DNA of 64,000 bases from Chthonomonadales bacterium. GTDB taxonomy: Bacteria > Armatimonadota > Chthonomonadetes > Chthonomonadales > CAJBBX01. Made by a program: the position numbers and the translations under genes. The notes under the pieces were generated by a model. The model saw only the letters and a program-made list of their open reading frames with translations. It had not been told where the DNA came from and did no database searches. Each line of letters begins with the position of its first letter. Position 1 is the stretch's first letter. This document shows, piece by piece, positions 60,949 to 64,000 of the stretch. Location of the stretch: contig JBMFSQ010000006.1 in NCBI GenBank assembly GCA_049967475.1, positions 18,430-82,429 of the forward strand, in the 5' to 3' direction.

Positions 60949-61550
60949 CCTACGCCGATCCACGCGAGCAGCTTTGCGCTTTGGCGGCCTTGGCGTACGA
61001 CCGGCGGCTGCTGGACAGCGCCGGGGGGAATTTCAGCATCCGCAATGGCGATGTGGTGTTTGCGACGCCTCGCTATGCCGGCAGCCGACGCCAGTGGAGG
61101 CTTACGCCGGAGGAAATTGTAGACCTGGATCTGGATGGCCGGAAGCAAGCGGGGACGGGCGAACCTTCCCGGGAGATCCGGATGCATCTGGCGATTTATC
61201 GGGCCTTCCCCTTGGCGGGTGCTGTGTTCCACGCCCACCCGCTCCACGTGATGGTTTTCGCATCACTTCGCCGCCCCATTCCGCCTACGAGTGAGCAGAC
61301 GCGCAAGTTCGGTGTGATCGGGCTTGCTCGTGAGGCTCCGGCCCACAGCCCGGAACTTGCCGCATCCGTTGTAGAAGCCCTTGCACCTGCCGCGGACGGG
61401 CTGGCGGAACATGCAATGGCCTGCCTCTTGCCGGAGCACGGCATTGTGGTTGTCGGGCGCAATGCCGATGACGCTTATGATGCTCTGGAGCGTATAGACG
61501 CTTCGGCATACATTCTTATCGCCCAGGCTGCACTCAAAGCCGCCGGGTGA
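60945..61550 (+). CDS. Class II aldolase/adducin family protein
   Basis: Motifs GGNFS.R, PSREIRMH, HAHP, EHG. ATGA overlap with the upstream gene. Confidence 0.88.
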   Translation: MTYADPREQLCALAALAYDRRLLDSAGGNFSIRNGDVVFATPRYAGSRRQWRLTPEEIVDLDLDGRKQAGTGEPSREIRMHLAIYRAFPLAGAVFHAHPLHVMVFASLRRPIPPTSEQTRKFGVIGLAREAPAHSPELAASVVEALAPAADGLAEHAMACLLPEHGIVVVGRNADDAYDALERIDASAYILIAQAALKAAG

Positions 61551-61555
61551 CGCCG

Positions 61556-62587
61556 TCAACTTCGGGACGCGCCTTGTTTTAGGGCTTGGGTAGCGTAAAG
61601 ACCTCGGAAATAGGTCACGCTCTTTAGAAAGGTCCGCATCTCGTCCCGAACCACCGTGGCGCTGGGGGCGCCCTTCTCCCATGGCGTGCGCCAGTCCCTG
61701 TCCGAAGGCAGGCCGTGCGCCCAGAGGATGCGAAGCACGGCCAGAAGATCGCCTAGAGGTCGCGCGCCGTAGGGCATCCACCAGTCGTCTTGAAGCAGCG
61801 TCACGTGGCGAGATGCCTGGGCCCCCACCTCGATGCCTGGGAGCAGGCTGTGCGGCACATCGGCGAGCACCTGCAGAATGCGCGGAAAGTCTACCACACC
61901 ATCGCCTGCCACACAGCGTGTAAGGCGGAAGCCGTCTGCAGCGAAGTACATGCGGTAATCCTTTAGATGCACGTGCCGAACGTAAGGCGCCACGCGGCGG
62001 GCTGCTTCCACGGGATCTTCGCATACGGCTAGGGAGTTGCCGGTGTCCAGGCAGACGCCCACAACATCAGCGCCGGCCTCCTCGCAGAGGTGCACAAGGT
62101 CATACGACGTGGCGTCCTGATGGTTTTCTACGGCAATGGCCACGCCAAGATCGCGGGCATACGGCGCTACGGAGCGCAGGATGCCGAGCACAGCTTCATA
62201 ATGATCGGGCCAGCCCGGTGTGAGCGTACGGCGATCTCCACACAGGACTGGGGAAAGGACCACGCGCACGACGGGCCTGTCCATGCCGCTTACGACGGTG
62301 GCGGCGTGGACGAGCCGCCGCAGTTCCTCGGCATCTGCGATACCTGCATCCACAATCACTTTGAGGCCGTGCTGCTGAGCCGTGTCCCGCAGAAGGGCAA
62401 GAGCTTCCGGCTGGCATTGGGCCGCACTGAGAGGAAGTTCGATGCCGGCCAGTTCCTCCCTCGCCGCAAGCTGCATCCAGTCCGGGATGAGAAGCGGAGC
62501 TTCCGGAAGTGCGCCCGTTGCCGAGCGCAGGTACCCGAACGCATGCGGACAAGAGGAGGTTGTTGCAACGCACGGAACCATATTCAT
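61556..62587 (-). CDS. Sugar phosphate isomerase/epimerase (xylose isomerase-like TIM barrel)
   Basis: Motifs AVENHQD, LDTGN, HVHLKD, GDGVVD, IE. Confidence 0.85.
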   Translation of the reverse strand: MNMVPCVATTSSCPHAFGYLRSATGALPEAPLLIPDWMQLAAREELAGIELPLSAAQCQPEALALLRDTAQQHGLKVIVDAGIADAEELRRLVHAATVVSGMDRPVVRVVLSPVLCGDRRTLTPGWPDHYEAVLGILRSVAPYARDLGVAIAVENHQDATSYDLVHLCEEAGADVVGVCLDTGNSLAVCEDPVEAARRVAPYVRHVHLKDYRMYFAADGFRLTRCVAGDGVVDFPRILQVLADVPHSLLPGIEVGAQASRHVTLLQDDWWMPYGARPLGDLLAVLRILWAHGLPSDRDWRTPWEKGAPSATVVRDEMRTFLKSVTYFRGLYATQALKQGASRS

Positions 62588-62666
62588 GCCCTCGATGAAT
62601 GTGTTTCTTCCCGCTTGTGTGCGAGAAACCAACATTCGGCGCCGGAACGAACTGGACAGGGTGGTG

Positions 62667-64000
62667 CTACGGCGCCGATCGGGCCGCAGGTGGTGGGTTC
62701 TCGAGGGACTGCTGGAGTTGCCGCAAAGCCCTCCCTAATTCATCCAGCGCTTTGGAGTATTCCTGCTCATGCCTCCGAGCCGCATTATATGCCTGTTGCA
62801 CTTGGCGCAGCGCCTGTGCTGCATTGGTGGGGCCGGGCGTCGCAGTCGGTGCCGGCTCCGTTGCCGCGCCTCCCGGCTGCGAGGCGACCGCGCCGGAAGC
62901 AGCTTCCGTGGTTTTGCCCAAATCCGCAACGGCCGCGTCCAGGGTCGTGTCCATGACGATCTTATCGGCGCTGGCAACGATCACACGCTGGATTTGGGGA
63001 ATTGCCGCGGCTCCCTGTGAGGCGGCTTGCACGTATAGGGGTACGGCGTAGAGCAGCGAATTGCCCACGGGGATCACCAACAAGTTGCCGAAGACCACCC
63101 TGGAGCCCACTTGGCCCAGAAGCGTCATCGTTTCTGAAATCTCCCTCTGCTGCTTGATCTGGCCGATGATCTGCTGCGGACCGTTGACGTTGATGCCTCT
63201 CGGGAAGCGGTACACCAGGAGCTGGCCGTAATGATCCGGATCACACCTTGCGCACATCCAGGCCGAAAGGTTCTGGCGGCGGAGCGGAGTGAACGGCGTC
63301 ATGATTAGGAACTCTTCAGACTGTTCGCCAGGCAGGCGCATCACTACGTAGTAGGGCTGCATGGTGGGCTGCCCCTCATCCGGCGAAGCCTCTGATTGGT
63401 TCTCGGCTGGAGGAGTGGGGTCGGCCGGAACCTCCCAGGCATCCTCCTTATTGTAGTAGACCCGGGGGTCGGTAATATGGTAGAGGGTGAAGATGCTCCT
63501 CTGGATGCGGAAGAGGTCTTCAGGATACCGCAGGTGCGCCTTGAGCGTGGGATCCATCTGAGCCAGGGGCGTAAAGAGTGTAGGGAAGATGCGCTGCCAG
63601 GTTCGAATGATGGGGTCTTGGGGATCCGCAACGAAGAATTGTACGGTTCCGTCATAGGCGTCTACCACAGCTTTAACGGAATTCCGGATGTAATTGAACT
63701 GCTGTGCGACATCTTCCTGGCCCGTGCCTACAGCGAAGGGGCGCGCGTACGGATAGCGGTCGGTGACGGTGTACGCGTCCAAGATCCATACGAGGCGGCC
63801 GTTGTCTACCACCATGTAGGGGTCGTTGTCCCAATTTAGGAACGGCGCCAGCGTTTGGACGCGCTCGCGGATGGCCCGGCGAAAGAGGATGCGGCTCTGG
63901 GGCGTAAGGTCGCTGGAAAGCAGCATGTTGGTGTCCCCGAGGCGGATGGACCAGGCGAGCCGTACCAGGTCCGATGAGAGCGGCACACCGCCTTTGCCGG
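62667..64000 (-). CDS. UPF0182 family membrane protein, C-terminal part (start lies beyond the window)
   Basis: Motifs APFL.WDNDPY, WILDAYT, NYIRNSVKAVVDAYDG, HLRYPEDLF, GNLLVIP. Confidence 0.92.
   Translation of the reverse strand, partial: GKGGVPLSSDLVRLAWSIRLGDTNMLLSSDLTPQSRILFRRAIRERVQTLAPFLNWDNDPYMVVDNGRLVWILDAYTVTDRYPYARPFAVGTGQEDVAQQFNYIRNSVKAVVDAYDGTVQFFVADPQDPIIRTWQRIFPTLFTPLAQMDPTLKAHLRYPEDLFRIQRSIFTLYHITDPRVYYNKEDAWEVPADPTPPAENQSEASPDEGQPTMQPYYVVMRLPGEQSEEFLIMTPFTPLRRQNLSAWMCARCDPDHYGQLLVYRFPRGINVNGPQQIIGQIKQQREISETMTLLGQVGSRVVFGNLLVIPVGNSLLYAVPLYVQAASQGAAAIPQIQRVIVASADKIVMDTTLDAAVADLGKTTEAASGAVASQPGGAATEPAPTATPGPTNAAQALRQVQQAYNAARRHEQEYSKALDELGRALRQLQQSLENPPPAARSAP

Overview
GC-rich, gene-dense bacterial chromosomal segment. 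The gene content (UPF0182, many sugar-active secreted proteins, SLBB/OPX protein, PilGHI-like ABC system) is consistent with Armatimonadota or a related Terrabacteria lineage, but this is inference. It is mostly core and metabolic DNA: dapB, an M16 peptidase, ligA, folC, tdk, infB, guaB, pdxS, gmhA/gmhB, dgoD, a rhamnulose-1-phosphate aldolase/SDR fusion, GH38, GH172, a GH123-like protein, two S41 protease paralogs, two tandem phosphohexomutases and six tRNAs. I found no IS, integrase, prophage or CRISPR array. Main candidate: an unannotated ~172-nt rod-shaped RNA (25191-25363, minus strand) with its own perfect TTGACA-N18-TATAAT promoter and intrinsic terminator, directly upstream of a 174-aa HNH nuclease with an IscB/IshB-like N-terminus. 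It could be a 6S RNA or an HNH-associated RNA. Other highlights: a CtpA paralog lacking both catalytic residues beside an intact CtpA, a tRNA-Arg with a GCG anticodon instead of ACG, a rubredoxin-AhbAB fusion, a NahK-like kinase followed by a divergent and a canonical mutase, and a bias towards 18-bp promoter spacers. All family calls come from motif recognition by eye; no searches were run. Many start codons were moved from the ORF track to the ATG/GTG/TTG best supported by an RBS.
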